Sequence record: OP617745.1
DNA length: 64,000 nt
Strand: one strand, 5' to 3'
The translations under genes and the position numbers were made by a program. Of this stretch, positions 40,182-49,544 are shown piece by piece (the first letter of the stretch is position 1; every line of letters begins with the position of its first letter). The notes beneath the pieces were generated by a model that worked only from the letters and a program-made list of their open reading frames with translations, searched no databases and was not told the origin of the DNA.

Positions 40182-40585
40182 TGTTTGATTATCGTAAACT
40201 AATGGAAGCACTTGATGCTATTGAAAATGGTGAAGACGTGCAACAGGACAGTGCTCCAGCAGCAAAAGAGGATGTGGTGGGGCATCTCAAGGATATCACC
40301 AATTCAATTATCGACATTCTTGATAAACTACAAAGTGGTGATGCCGATATGAATGAGGTTTGTAAAGATTTGCAAAAAGCTAGTGACATTCTGTCAGCAT
40401 TGGCATATAATGATTCTACTGATTCAGATGAAGAATCTGATACAACTGATGATACCAGTACTGATGAAGTAACAGAAGATGTTGGTGTCGATGGTTATGA
40501 ACCAACAGTGGATAATCAAGAACACCGTTCTTATAAAGAGAAAAGTGCACCATCATATAGTTCTCGCCAAGGCTTTACTGGTTAA
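40181..40585 (+). CDS. Acidic hypothetical protein
   Basis: 134 aa; TAATG coupling. Confidence 0.6.
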   Translation: MFDYRKLMEALDAIENGEDVQQDSAPAAKEDVVGHLKDITNSIIDILDKLQSGDADMNEVCKDLQKASDILSALAYNDSTDSDEESDTTDDTSTDEVTEDVGVDGYEPTVDNQEHRSYKEKSAPSYSSRQGFTG

Positions 40586-40597
40586 GTGATATGATGT

Positions 40598-40975
40598 ATG
40601 ATGCCACGAGTTACCGACAGTACAAATTATCAGCTTGATGTACTTAATAAAGTTAAAGATGTTCATGAGTTAGAAGCTGATATCACTGATAGAATGCTAC
40701 TAAGAAGCATATTTAACAATTACAGAAGTGGTGCTGGGTTAAGATTAAGCAAGTTTGGATATGAAATTTGTACAGAAAATAATCTTTACGAATTTACAAA
40801 AATCCCCTTGCAACGAGAAATAAAAAGCTCTATAATCTTTACTGCGTTGGACAGAATATGTGTTAGTCCTTATTACTCTGATGGATGTTACATTTATTTG
40901 TCTGATGGTATGGTAGTTACTGAATTGACTTTTTGCTGTGATGATTTTAAAATACTTTTTGAAATGCACATGTAA
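40598..40975 (+). CDS. Hypothetical protein
   Basis: 125-aa ORF. Confidence 0.6.
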   Translation: MMPRVTDSTNYQLDVLNKVKDVHELEADITDRMLLRSIFNNYRSGAGLRLSKFGYEICTENNLYEFTKIPLQREIKSSIIFTALDRICVSPYYSDGCYIYLSDGMVVTELTFCCDDFKILFEMHM

Positions 40976-41006
40976 AAAACACTTCGAAAAAAATTAAAAA
41001 AAATGT

Positions 41007-41034
41007 TTGACAAAGCTGATTAATGTGATATAAT
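41007..41034 (+). promoter_or_regulatory. Strong sigma70-type promoter
   Basis: A-rich UP tract, TTGACA-N16-TATAAT with extended TG. Confidence 0.8.
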
Positions 41035-41246
41035 GCTCAGCATAAAGACAAACAACATCAACGAATTTAATGATTGAATAGTTGATGAAATGTCATCATA
41101 ATTAATGATGTACCTTTTAAGTACCAAGGATGAATTACTAAGTTAGGACTGCTAAGTTAAAAATAAAAACTTTCAGTCCTTTACTTTTGCTTACGGAAAA
41201 GCTATCATATAAACGTAACGATTTCTTAAACCAAAAGGAAAATACA

Positions 41247-42581
41247 ATGTCTAAAGCTGATCAAAACGATATCCTGAACGTAACTCTGACCCCAAAGAAA
41301 GCAAAAATGGCAATTGCTATTGCTGATAAAATCCAAGATTCTCTGATGATTTGGGGTTCCCCTGGTATCGGTAAATCTGCTATCGCACGTCAGTACGCTG
41401 ATGAACAGTACCCGCTGCGTAAGGATAATGTTGGTAAACTCGAATTCATGCGTCAACAAGTTGAAGTTGCCGATGATTCCGAAAAAGCACAACTGCAACG
41501 CGAACTGGAAGCATTTGAAGCCAAACTGATTGACCAGGATTCAAACTTCATCGACTTCCGCCTGTCGCAAATTGAACCATCTGATCTCCGTGGTATTCCA
41601 GTACCAGAGAAAGTATATAAAGATGATAAAGGTAATATTCTGGCTGAATCTGACCTGGATCAAGTTAATAACTACATCGCAGAAACTGCTGTTGTGTGGG
41701 CTGCACCAAAAGTACTGAAACTTCCAGAAGACTGGAAAGGTGTTATCCTGTTTGATGAGATTAACTCTGCTATGCCAATTGTACAGGCTGCGTCTTATCA
41801 GCTAATTCTCGACCGCTGTGTTGGCGAAATGAAACTGCCGAAGACCGCTATGGTACTTGCAGCAGGGAACCGCGAAACTGATGGTGGTGTAACATTCGCA
41901 CTGGCGACCCCACTGCGTGACCGTATGACCCATATTGAGATGGTACCATATCATCAGGATTGGATTGACGATTACGCAATTAGTAAACGTGTTAACCCAG
42001 CAACCGTTGCGTTTATCAATAACACTGGTGCTAAGTACTTTAACACACTGTCACCAAATGATCCGTCTCATAGCGGTGGTACCTCTCCACGTTCATGGGA
42101 AACCGTAGCTCGCTACGAAGATCTGAAAAAACAGGGTGCGATTGATAAAGAAGTTTTCCGTGCACTGATTGCTGGTCGTGTTGGTGATGGTATTGCAACC
42201 GAGTACATCGAATATGTCGAAAACGTATCTAAACTACCAGATACCATGGCTATTCTGAATGGTGAGATTACCGAAATGGACTCTTCACTGGATATTTCAG
42301 CGAACTACTTTGTTTCACTGAACCTGGTGTATAAGATCATCGATCTGTACTCAGAAAAACAGGCTAAACGCCTATCTGACAAAGAGTGGGGTCGTCTGGT
42401 GAACAATTTCATCCTGTTCCTGGATCACAACTTCAGTAACTGTCAAGATGAACTGTCTGTAATGGCGATTCGTACAATCACCAAAGCAAACGTCACTGTG
42501 AAATTTGCTGATGCTCCAGCGTTCCGTGACTTTGTTAAGAAGTATGAACAACTGGTTCGTGCAGCACGCTCTCTTGGTTAA
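41247..42581 (+). CDS. MoxR-type AAA+ ATPase
   Basis: Walker A WGSPGIGKS; Walker B ILFDEIN; AAGNRETD; PLRDRMTH; SPRSWE. Start placed at ATG 41247 behind AAGGA. Confidence 0.88.
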   Translation: MSKADQNDILNVTLTPKKAKMAIAIADKIQDSLMIWGSPGIGKSAIARQYADEQYPLRKDNVGKLEFMRQQVEVADDSEKAQLQRELEAFEAKLIDQDSNFIDFRLSQIEPSDLRGIPVPEKVYKDDKGNILAESDLDQVNNYIAETAVVWAAPKVLKLPEDWKGVILFDEINSAMPIVQAASYQLILDRCVGEMKLPKTAMVLAAGNRETDGGVTFALATPLRDRMTHIEMVPYHQDWIDDYAISKRVNPATVAFINNTGAKYFNTLSPNDPSHSGGTSPRSWETVARYEDLKKQGAIDKEVFRALIAGRVGDGIATEYIEYVENVSKLPDTMAILNGEITEMDSSLDISANYFVSLNLVYKIIDLYSEKQAKRLSDKEWGRLVNNFILFLDHNFSNCQDELSVMAIRTITKANVTVKFADAPAFRDFVKKYEQLVRAARSLG

Positions 42582-42605
42582 TAAAAAGTTGAAATAGTAC
42601 TTTAC

Positions 42606-42636
42606 AATAAGGATACCAAATGGTATCCTTATTTTT
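42606..42636 (+). terminator. Hairpin between the AAA+ and vWA genes
   Basis: AATAAGGATACCA-AA-TGGTATCCTTATT plus T-run. Confidence 0.6.
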
Positions 42637-42674
42637 ATCAAGAGGAAAGTGTTTTAATATACAAAGGGGTAATT

Positions 42675-44060
42675 ATGTCTGATTTTAAATTTGAAGAACC
42701 GAGTGTAGAATTGCAACGAGAGTGTCAGAACCGTATGATCATTGCTCGTACTGCACTGATGTTGACTCATCCGTTTTTCGGTGTTCTTGCATCCCGCCTT
42801 CGTCCGGTAGCCAATAATACATGGTGCCGCACTATGGCTGTTGATGGTAAACATCTTTTCTATAACGTTGAATTCGTTATGGGTGTTCAAGATCCAGCAA
42901 AAAAAGATATGTACAAAGAAGCAATTCGTGAAAAACTACCAGATGTTACAGAAGAGCAACTGGAAGCAATGACGAATGGACTAACGAATGAAAACATCAT
43001 TGCAGTTATTTGTCATGAAATTCTGCACTGTGCATATGATCATTTCCTGCGTCGAGGTATGCGTGATCCAAGACGTTTTAACCGTGCTGCTGACTATGCA
43101 ATCAACCAAATCATTGATCGTGATGGTATTGGTAAACTACCTGATGGTTGTCTGCTGGATAAGAAGTTTGAAAACATGACCGCTGAAGAAATCTATCTTC
43201 TACTGGAAGAAGAAGAGCAGCAGGGGCAAGGTCAACAACAAAAACAGCAGGGTGGTTCAGGGGATGGTCAGGGTCAATCCAGGGGTACTATGGGTGATTT
43301 GGCTAATGGTAGTCCAAAGGGTTCTACTATTGACCAGCACGACGTACCACAAGATGGTGAGAATGGTTCTGATGAAGAAACTCGTAAAGGTTATATGGAT
43401 GATTTCAAACAAGCAATGATGAATGCTGCTCGTGCTGGTGGTACACCCGCTGAAATCGCTCGTATGATTAAGAACTTCAAAGAACCAAAAATTGACTGGC
43501 GTTCTAAACTACAGCGTACTCTGCGTAGCTGGCTGAAATCCGATGCTACTTATCAGACTCCTTCTCGTCGTTCGTGGAGTACTGGTTTTGGTGCCAAGGG
43601 TTCATTCTATGGTTCTCCTATCTATCCGGGTATGAAACCAGATGAAGATATTGATATCGCAATTGCACTAGATGCATCCGGTTCAATTTCTGAAGATATG
43701 CTACGTGATTTCATCGGGGAAGTACTTGGTATTACCAAACAGTTTAAACAATTCAAAATTCGTATCATGACTTTTGATACCCAAGTTTATACGGTTAAAG
43801 ACTATAAAACTGGAGAAGAGAAAAAAATTCTTGAATATCCAATTTATGGTGGTGGTGGTACTGATTTCGATGCAGTTTGGGAACATATGAAACAAGACAA
43901 TTATGTTCCTAAACAACTGATCATGTTTACCGATGGTGAACCATGGCAATCATGGGGTGATCCAAACTATTGCAAAACTCTGTTTGTGATTCATAGTAAT
44001 CCTAACAAAGAAGCACCATTTGGTGAAACAGTACATTACGAATACGAGAAAAAACGTTAA
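42675..44060 (+). CDS. DUF2201-type HExxH metallopeptidase with C-terminal vWA domain
   Basis: PFFGVLA...TMAVDGKHLFYN; ICHEILHC; NRAADYAIN; Gln/Gly linker; MIDAS LDASGSIS; GGGGTDF; MFTDG. Confidence 0.88.
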   Translation: MSDFKFEEPSVELQRECQNRMIIARTALMLTHPFFGVLASRLRPVANNTWCRTMAVDGKHLFYNVEFVMGVQDPAKKDMYKEAIREKLPDVTEEQLEAMTNGLTNENIIAVICHEILHCAYDHFLRRGMRDPRRFNRAADYAINQIIDRDGIGKLPDGCLLDKKFENMTAEEIYLLLEEEEQQGQGQQQKQQGGSGDGQGQSRGTMGDLANGSPKGSTIDQHDVPQDGENGSDEETRKGYMDDFKQAMMNAARAGGTPAEIARMIKNFKEPKIDWRSKLQRTLRSWLKSDATYQTPSRRSWSTGFGAKGSFYGSPIYPGMKPDEDIDIAIALDASGSISEDMLRDFIGEVLGITKQFKQFKIRIMTFDTQVYTVKDYKTGEEKKILEYPIYGGGGTDFDAVWEHMKQDNYVPKQLIMFTDGEPWQSWGDPNYCKTLFVIHSNPNKEAPFGETVHYEYEKKR

Positions 44061-44067
44061 TAAGCAA

Positions 44068-44104
44068 AAAGACGGACTTTTTAATGTCCGTCTTTGTTTT
44101 TTTT
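44068..44104 (+). terminator. Intrinsic terminator
   Basis: AAAGACGGAC-N8-GTCCGTCTTT plus T-run. Confidence 0.8.
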
Positions 44105-44167
44105 GAACAAAATAAATATTCCTGATATAATTATTATGGAAAATCACATTTACAAGGAAAGTGTATT

Positions 44168-44389
44168 ATGGAAAATGAAAATGTCCAACTTGAACTAGTT
44201 GATCTAATCAATGCAGCAAAAATTATGGAACACGCAATTAAACTAAACGTCTTCACCGTAGAAGAACTAGTTTCTGTTGCTCCAGTAGTATCTAAATTTA
44301 TCAAATTCGCTAATAATGCACTACAAGACTCTCAGAACCAGGATTCTGAAAATTCAGAAACCACAGAAAGTGGTGACGTAAATGAGTAA
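44168..44389 (+). CDS. Small hypothetical protein
   Basis: 73 aa, AAGGA SD. Confidence 0.65.
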   Translation: MENENVQLELVDLINAAKIMEHAIKLNVFTVEELVSVAPVVSKFIKFANNALQDSQNQDSENSETTESGDVNE

Positions 44390-45032
44390 TGTAGTACGTC
44401 ATAAAGGCGTGATGCGAAATACTGGTTCACGTGTGTTCGTTGTTTTTCGTGAACTACCTGGTGAACCAGAATATTGTCTGGTTGTATTTCAAGATTCTCT
44501 ACCAGAAGTATATACTTGGGCCGTTCGTGATCTAGTTTCAGGCCCAGGGCAAAATAGTACTGAATTACATGAAATCATGAATGCAGTTGGTGTTCTTGAT
44601 GGTCGTAAAATGCTGAATGTATTACATGAAGGTAAGTACTTACGTAAAGTTCGTACTGCTGATGTGGATATGCATACTGGAGGAAATAACATTATTCCTC
44701 TTAATGTTCTTAATGAACGATTCAGTGCTAATCTTACCGAAGAATCAAAAATCAAAGATTACAACCCCTTTAATCCTGAAATGCAGGATACCAAAATCGA
44801 GGAAATGACTATTGTTTCTGAACTGATTAAAGAAGCTCAGAAATATGAAAAACTTTCTAAAGATTACTACGAGCGTCTTTATAACCTTGAACCTTCTATG
44901 CGTCCACAGGGTGAAGTTAAAGAAAGTGAAGGTTTCTTTAGTATCGAATTTCCTAACGATATTTCACAAACTAAAGCAATTGAAAAACTGAAAAAAGTAT
45001 TCTTGGAGCGTAAAAATAATGCCAACGATTAG
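44382..45032 (+). CDS. Conserved hypothetical protein
   Basis: 216 aa, overlapping both neighbours. Confidence 0.7.
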   Translation: MSNVVRHKGVMRNTGSRVFVVFRELPGEPEYCLVVFQDSLPEVYTWAVRDLVSGPGQNSTELHEIMNAVGVLDGRKMLNVLHEGKYLRKVRTADVDMHTGGNNIIPLNVLNERFSANLTEESKIKDYNPFNPEMQDTKIEEMTIVSELIKEAQKYEKLSKDYYERLYNLEPSMRPQGEVKESEGFFSIEFPNDISQTKAIEKLKKVFLERKNNAND

Positions 45033-45324
45033 TATAGAAGAAATTATTCTTATGCTAAAAGAAGAAAGGCAAAAACAAATTCATAGTCCAAATACTTTAG
45101 GTGATACAAATAAAACAAAAAATGACTGGACTGCATTATGTGCTTACTATTTGTTTGAAGGAGCAAGTAGACCAGATAAACATGTATCATTTGATGAATT
45201 CAGAACATCATTGATTAAAGCAGGTGCTGTTATTATTGCAGCACTTGAAACGAGTTTCGCTTTAGAAGATGAAAAACTAAAAGACTTGATGAATAAGCTT
45301 GAGAATAATCATGACGAAGAATGA
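45019..45324 (+). CDS. Small all-alpha protein (possibly MazG-like)
   Basis: EERQKQ...W...LIKAGAVIIAALE pattern; weak. Confidence 0.4.
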   Translation: MPTISIEEIILMLKEERQKQIHSPNTLGDTNKTKNDWTALCAYYLFEGASRPDKHVSFDEFRTSLIKAGAVIIAALETSFALEDEKLKDLMNKLENNHDEE

Positions 45325-45901
45325 ACTTGATTCTTGGATCAGGTGTCAGACTAATACATTTTATAGTGGCGGAGCAGCAGGTGCTGACCGCCTTTTTACT
45401 TTATATGCAATTGAAAACGGTTTTGAATGTATCAATTTCTCTTTCAGTAAACATGTACATTATGTATCAGAAGAAACTGTACTGAGAATACCAGCAGATA
45501 TATTAGGTGACAATGAAATATATAATGAATTAGTTAGAGCATCCAGAAATTTATCGAAGAAAGTCCCACAAAAAAATACATACGTATATAACTTATTAGC
45601 TCGCAATAGCTATCAAATATTCAATACTGAACGTATATATTGTATTTCTACTTTAGTTTCTCCTAATACAGTTAGTGGTGGTACATCATGGGCTGTACAA
45701 ATGTTGATTAATAAAGAAGAACACCCAGAAATATATTTGTACGACTATTATGATAAATGCGTATATTCATACGATTCAGTACTGAAACAATTCACTGAAG
45801 TATTTTTTGTTCCTACCCCTCATGGAAACTGGACTGGAATAGGATCAAGAAATGCAGAACCAAAACATTTAGAACATTTTAAAACATTTTTCAAGGATTA
45901 A
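45311..45901 (+). CDS. SLOG-superfamily (YpsA/DprA-like) nucleotide-binding protein
   Basis: SGGAAGAD; LLARNSYQI; GGTSWAV; WTGIGSR. Confidence 0.6.
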   Translation: MTKNELDSWIRCQTNTFYSGGAAGADRLFTLYAIENGFECINFSFSKHVHYVSEETVLRIPADILGDNEIYNELVRASRNLSKKVPQKNTYVYNLLARNSYQIFNTERIYCISTLVSPNTVSGGTSWAVQMLINKEEHPEIYLYDYYDKCVYSYDSVLKQFTEVFFVPTPHGNWTGIGSRNAEPKHLEHFKTFFKD

Positions 45902-45903
45902 AA

Positions 45904-47457
45904 ATGAAACAACTATTAGACTTATATGATAAAATCTTGAAAGAAGGAGTACAAAGTACAGACCGAACAGGTGTAGGTACTATTAAACTCATAGGTCAAC
46001 AAATGCGTTTTGATTTGAGTAAAGGGTTTCCAGCAGTAACTACCAAAAGGTTAGCATGGAAAGCAATGGTATCTGAATTACTATGGTTTATTGAAGGTTC
46101 CCATGACGAGCGTCGTTTGTGTGAAATTCTTCATGGTACTCGTGATTCGGAAAAGAAAACTATTTGGAGCGATAACTGTTTAGATCGTGCGAAAAATGAT
46201 CCGAACAGATTTAATGGTGAAATTGTTGGTAATATGTATGGTATGAATTGGCGTTATCAACCATCTGAACCACATAGTTATCAATTCATTAAGAGAAAAT
46301 CTTATATTGATGATTATGTTGAAAAACATGTTTGTCCAGAAATTACTAGTGAATTTAATGGCATTAAAATACACCAGTCGGCTACATGTGGTGAATATGA
46401 AGTTGTTGGAAAGCAAAACAATAATATAGTTATACGTTTTTTAGATACCGGATCTTATAAAATAGTAAAAAGAACTTCAAGAAGTATTAAAGATTTTTTT
46501 AAACCATCAATAGAAGGGGTCGGATATTTAGGTGGTGTAATTCCTGATACATTAACTGCGAGAAAATTATATCAAATTTGGAAAGATATGATTATAAGAG
46601 TATATAATCCTAGAAAAAATCATGTATCATATAAAGACGTAACTGTTTGTAAACGTTGGCATAATTTTATGAATTTTTATAATGATTCCTTTTCATTATG
46701 GGGATTCCAAGAATTTGTTGATAGTGGTTATTCGCATCAACTTGATAAAGATTATTATGGTTCAAACATTTATTCACCTGATACTTGTATTTTCATATCA
46801 TCATCATTGAATAAAACATTAAATGGTGGTGGTTATGGATTTAAAATCTATATTTACAAAGATAATATATTTTATTCAATAACCGATTTACAAAAATATC
46901 GTGGATTATCAAGAAAAGCACAACTTCCAAAAGAGTTAACTATATTAGAAGATAATGAAACTCATGTAGTAAGGCCAAAAATATATATTGATCAACTTCA
47001 ACGTTGTATTGATTTAATAAAAAATGACCCAGATTCTAGAAGAATTGTTATTACATCATGGAATTCTAGAGATATTGAAAATGCAGCATTGGGTATGTGT
47101 CACCCATTAGTTCAATGGTTTGTTATTAATGGTAAATTATCATGCATATTCTATATGCGTAGCACAGATAGCTTTCTTGGTTTGCCTTTTAATATTGCAT
47201 CATATGCACTACTTACCCATATGATAGCACAAATTACTGGATTAGAAGTAGGTGAATTAATTTATAATGGTGGTGATTGTCACATTTATTTGAATCATAT
47301 TGAGCAAGTGAAAGAACAATTACAACGAGAACCAATGGAATTACCAAAATTATGGTTAGATCCCACTATAACCGATATTGAATCGTTCACAATGGGTTCA
47401 TTTAAACTATTGGATTATAATCCAATGCCAACTATTAAAGCACCAATGGCAGTATAA
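45904..47457 (+). CDS. thyA: Thymidylate synthase carrying an in-frame ~240-aa HNH-like insertion
   Basis: DRTGVGT, GFPAVTTK, SELLWF, YGMNWR ... IDQLQ...DPDSRRIV..WN, catalytic MCH, RSTDSFLGLPFNIASY, GGDCHIYLNH. Confidence 0.92.
   Translation: MKQLLDLYDKILKEGVQSTDRTGVGTIKLIGQQMRFDLSKGFPAVTTKRLAWKAMVSELLWFIEGSHDERRLCEILHGTRDSEKKTIWSDNCLDRAKNDPNRFNGEIVGNMYGMNWRYQPSEPHSYQFIKRKSYIDDYVEKHVCPEITSEFNGIKIHQSATCGEYEVVGKQNNNIVIRFLDTGSYKIVKRTSRSIKDFFKPSIEGVGYLGGVIPDTLTARKLYQIWKDMIIRVYNPRKNHVSYKDVTVCKRWHNFMNFYNDSFSLWGFQEFVDSGYSHQLDKDYYGSNIYSPDTCIFISSSLNKTLNGGGYGFKIYIYKDNIFYSITDLQKYRGLSRKAQLPKELTILEDNETHVVRPKIYIDQLQRCIDLIKNDPDSRRIVITSWNSRDIENAALGMCHPLVQWFVINGKLSCIFYMRSTDSFLGLPFNIASYALLTHMIAQITGLEVGELIYNGGDCHIYLNHIEQVKEQLQREPMELPKLWLDPTITDIESFTMGSFKLLDYNPMPTIKAPMAV
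46255..46980 (+). mobile_element. HNH/beta-beta-alpha-Me endonuclease-like domain inserted in frame in thyA
   Basis: KLYQIWKDMIIRVY..SYKDVTVCKRWHNFMNF...QLDKDYYGSNIYSPDTCIFISSSLN. Confidence 0.7.
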
Positions 47458-47460
47458 TAA

Positions 47461-47488
47461 AAAAGGGAGACATTAAGTCTCCTTTTTT
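47461..47488. terminator. Bidirectional terminator between convergent genes
   Basis: AAAAGGGAGAC-ATTAA-GTCTCCTTTTTTT. Confidence 0.8.
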
Positions 47489-49020
47489 TATACACCGACA
47501 ACACAACGACCGAGGAATCTCATATCAGGTTCCATCGGAACTTGTAGTTTTACTTTATCCAGTTCAATTGACATATTCTCTACTGCAACATTTTCATAAA
47601 ACCCATTTGACATAAGTTCTTGTACCTGTACTGACTTTGGTTCATCTACGGTAATGACCAATTCATAGTTGATACCATCACTTGAAGGTACCCACGAAGA
47701 CATGTCAGAAATGTTTATTGTTTCGGAACCACTAATACGTTTCCATTTACCACTGATTTTTTGAATTAATGTATTAAAGCTAGGAGAAAAAGCTAACATG
47801 CCATTTTCACCTAAAGTATTATTGGATGCATCAATAAATGGTGGTCTAAACCCAATCTCTGTTAATTTAGTTTCCCCATTATAGCCATCAACCGTCGGAT
47901 TTTGTGGGAAAAATAAAATTTCAGTATTTTTCCAACGCTGAACTTCTTTCGATGAGGCAGTTGCAGAAAACTCACCAGTTACCGAACCCCTGTGATATAA
48001 ACCAGTACTACTATCAGACCATTTACTTGGGTCAATTCCGGGGTTTTCAGTTGGATCATAGGTCTTGTTGTTAAATGTAATCGCTGGTTTATCAACAGTA
48101 CCATATATTGCTGCAAAACGTCCCTCAGCTTCTGAAATACCATCATCATACATTGCATCACCGGTTCTACGTAAACCATCTAAACCATATAAATCAAGTA
48201 CGGATTGTACATCGGAAACTGATGTTGGGAATTGTCGTCCATATGAATTTACTAGTTTATTATCAAATGTAACACTTGTGGCTGCAATACGGGTAGCATA
48301 CTGACGAAGACTTTGCCATTTAGTACCAGTACTGATGATCCAGTCACTATCACGTAAGCCTGGGTCATAACTAGCATTACCAACCTCGAATTGTTCTGTT
48401 AGATCTGGGTCTGATGTTAATGATATAAGACCTTCATGACCAGTAGTTGGGATTTGATCTACATTAAATCTTGCATAAGCAGAGGTAACTGATTTAGAAC
48501 CATTACCATCTGTGGTAAAATAATATTTAATTTCCAACCAGTCACCCTCACCTGATGGGTTAGTTGGTGTGAATATAACTGGTGATGTTGAAGGATTTGT
48601 AGTACTCATGTGAGTAGTAGCTATATCAACAATACCACGAGTTACGTAATAATCACCTGAATTGGTTGAGTCCGTTGGCGGTAGATTATCGTAAACCGAA
48701 ATTTCTGATGGTGGATCTACATCATCGGTATTTGGATTAAAAGTACCTTTATATGTCATACCATTCAATAATGTATCTGGTAAATTTGCAATTGAAATTT
48801 TACCATTAGCATCTAATTGAACAAAACGTCGATATTCCACTGTATCATCTAATAATTGTAATGTACCTTCAAAAGCTTCCCATTCACTATTATAACGAAT
48901 CATTCCCGGACGTTTAATGTCATTTGGTGGATTTTTCAATAGTGCTTTTGGTAATTCCAAGAAACCATTAGTACTATCGATAATAACACCAGAATCACCA
49001 CGTATTCTATATATACTCAT
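47488..49020 (-). CDS. Probable virion structural (tail/baseplate appendage) protein
   Basis: 510 aa; GMIRYNSEWEAFEG and YKGTFNP motifs typical of phage structural proteins. Confidence 0.6.
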   Translation of the reverse strand: MSIYRIRGDSGVIIDSTNGFLELPKALLKNPPNDIKRPGMIRYNSEWEAFEGTLQLLDDTVEYRRFVQLDANGKISIANLPDTLLNGMTYKGTFNPNTDDVDPPSEISVYDNLPPTDSTNSGDYYVTRGIVDIATTHMSTTNPSTSPVIFTPTNPSGEGDWLEIKYYFTTDGNGSKSVTSAYARFNVDQIPTTGHEGLISLTSDPDLTEQFEVGNASYDPGLRDSDWIISTGTKWQSLRQYATRIAATSVTFDNKLVNSYGRQFPTSVSDVQSVLDLYGLDGLRRTGDAMYDDGISEAEGRFAAIYGTVDKPAITFNNKTYDPTENPGIDPSKWSDSSTGLYHRGSVTGEFSATASSKEVQRWKNTEILFFPQNPTVDGYNGETKLTEIGFRPPFIDASNNTLGENGMLAFSPSFNTLIQKISGKWKRISGSETINISDMSSWVPSSDGINYELVITVDEPKSVQVQELMSNGFYENVAVENMSIELDKVKLQVPMEPDMRFLGRCVVGV

Positions 49021-49184
49021 TTATATATTTCCTCAATAAGTAATATTGTATATGGTATTTATTTTTCGATAATAAAAAAAGTTATTCTTGGAATTATATG
49101 TTTACACACAAACTACGGTACTTTTTCCATGAAAAATATATTCTTTATTTTTAATAAATTATTATATCAAAATCTTGAACCGTA

Positions 49185-49532
49185 TTATACAGATGGTATA
49201 CTAATAAGGGGTTTCCATATACCGCCGTCTTTGATAAAAATATTAACGATGTTGGTTGTATCAATTTGGTAATATACATTACCATCTTCACCTGTACTGG
49301 AATCTGGAATATCTGTTCCTCGTAATATAGTACTGTTTAATTTAGTATTAAGATGGTTTAATGTAACCAGATGTTGATCTTTGGTAGGTTCACCAGCTTC
49401 CACTGGCATTAATAGTGTGCCTTCGTAATTATAAATTTTTACATCGGTACCATCTGTACTTAATTTTGCACCATTTTTACCAAGAACAAAATCCTTCTTC
49501 ATAGTCCCTTCTAAGTTAGAAAAAATTGCCAT
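49185..49532 (-). CDS. Small probable structural protein
   Basis: EPTKDQHLVT..; LRGTDIPDSSTGEDGNVYYQ (head/tail-fibre-like motif). Confidence 0.55.
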   Translation of the reverse strand: MAIFSNLEGTMKKDFVLGKNGAKLSTDGTDVKIYNYEGTLLMPVEAGEPTKDQHLVTLNHLNTKLNSTILRGTDIPDSSTGEDGNVYYQIDTTNIVNIFIKDGGIWKPLISIPSV

Positions 49533-49544
49533 TATAAAATCTCC

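Noticed and set aside
46255-46980. Intein in thyA
   Set aside because: No N-terminal Cys/Ser block A, and no His-Asn followed by Cys/Ser/Thr at the C-terminal junction.
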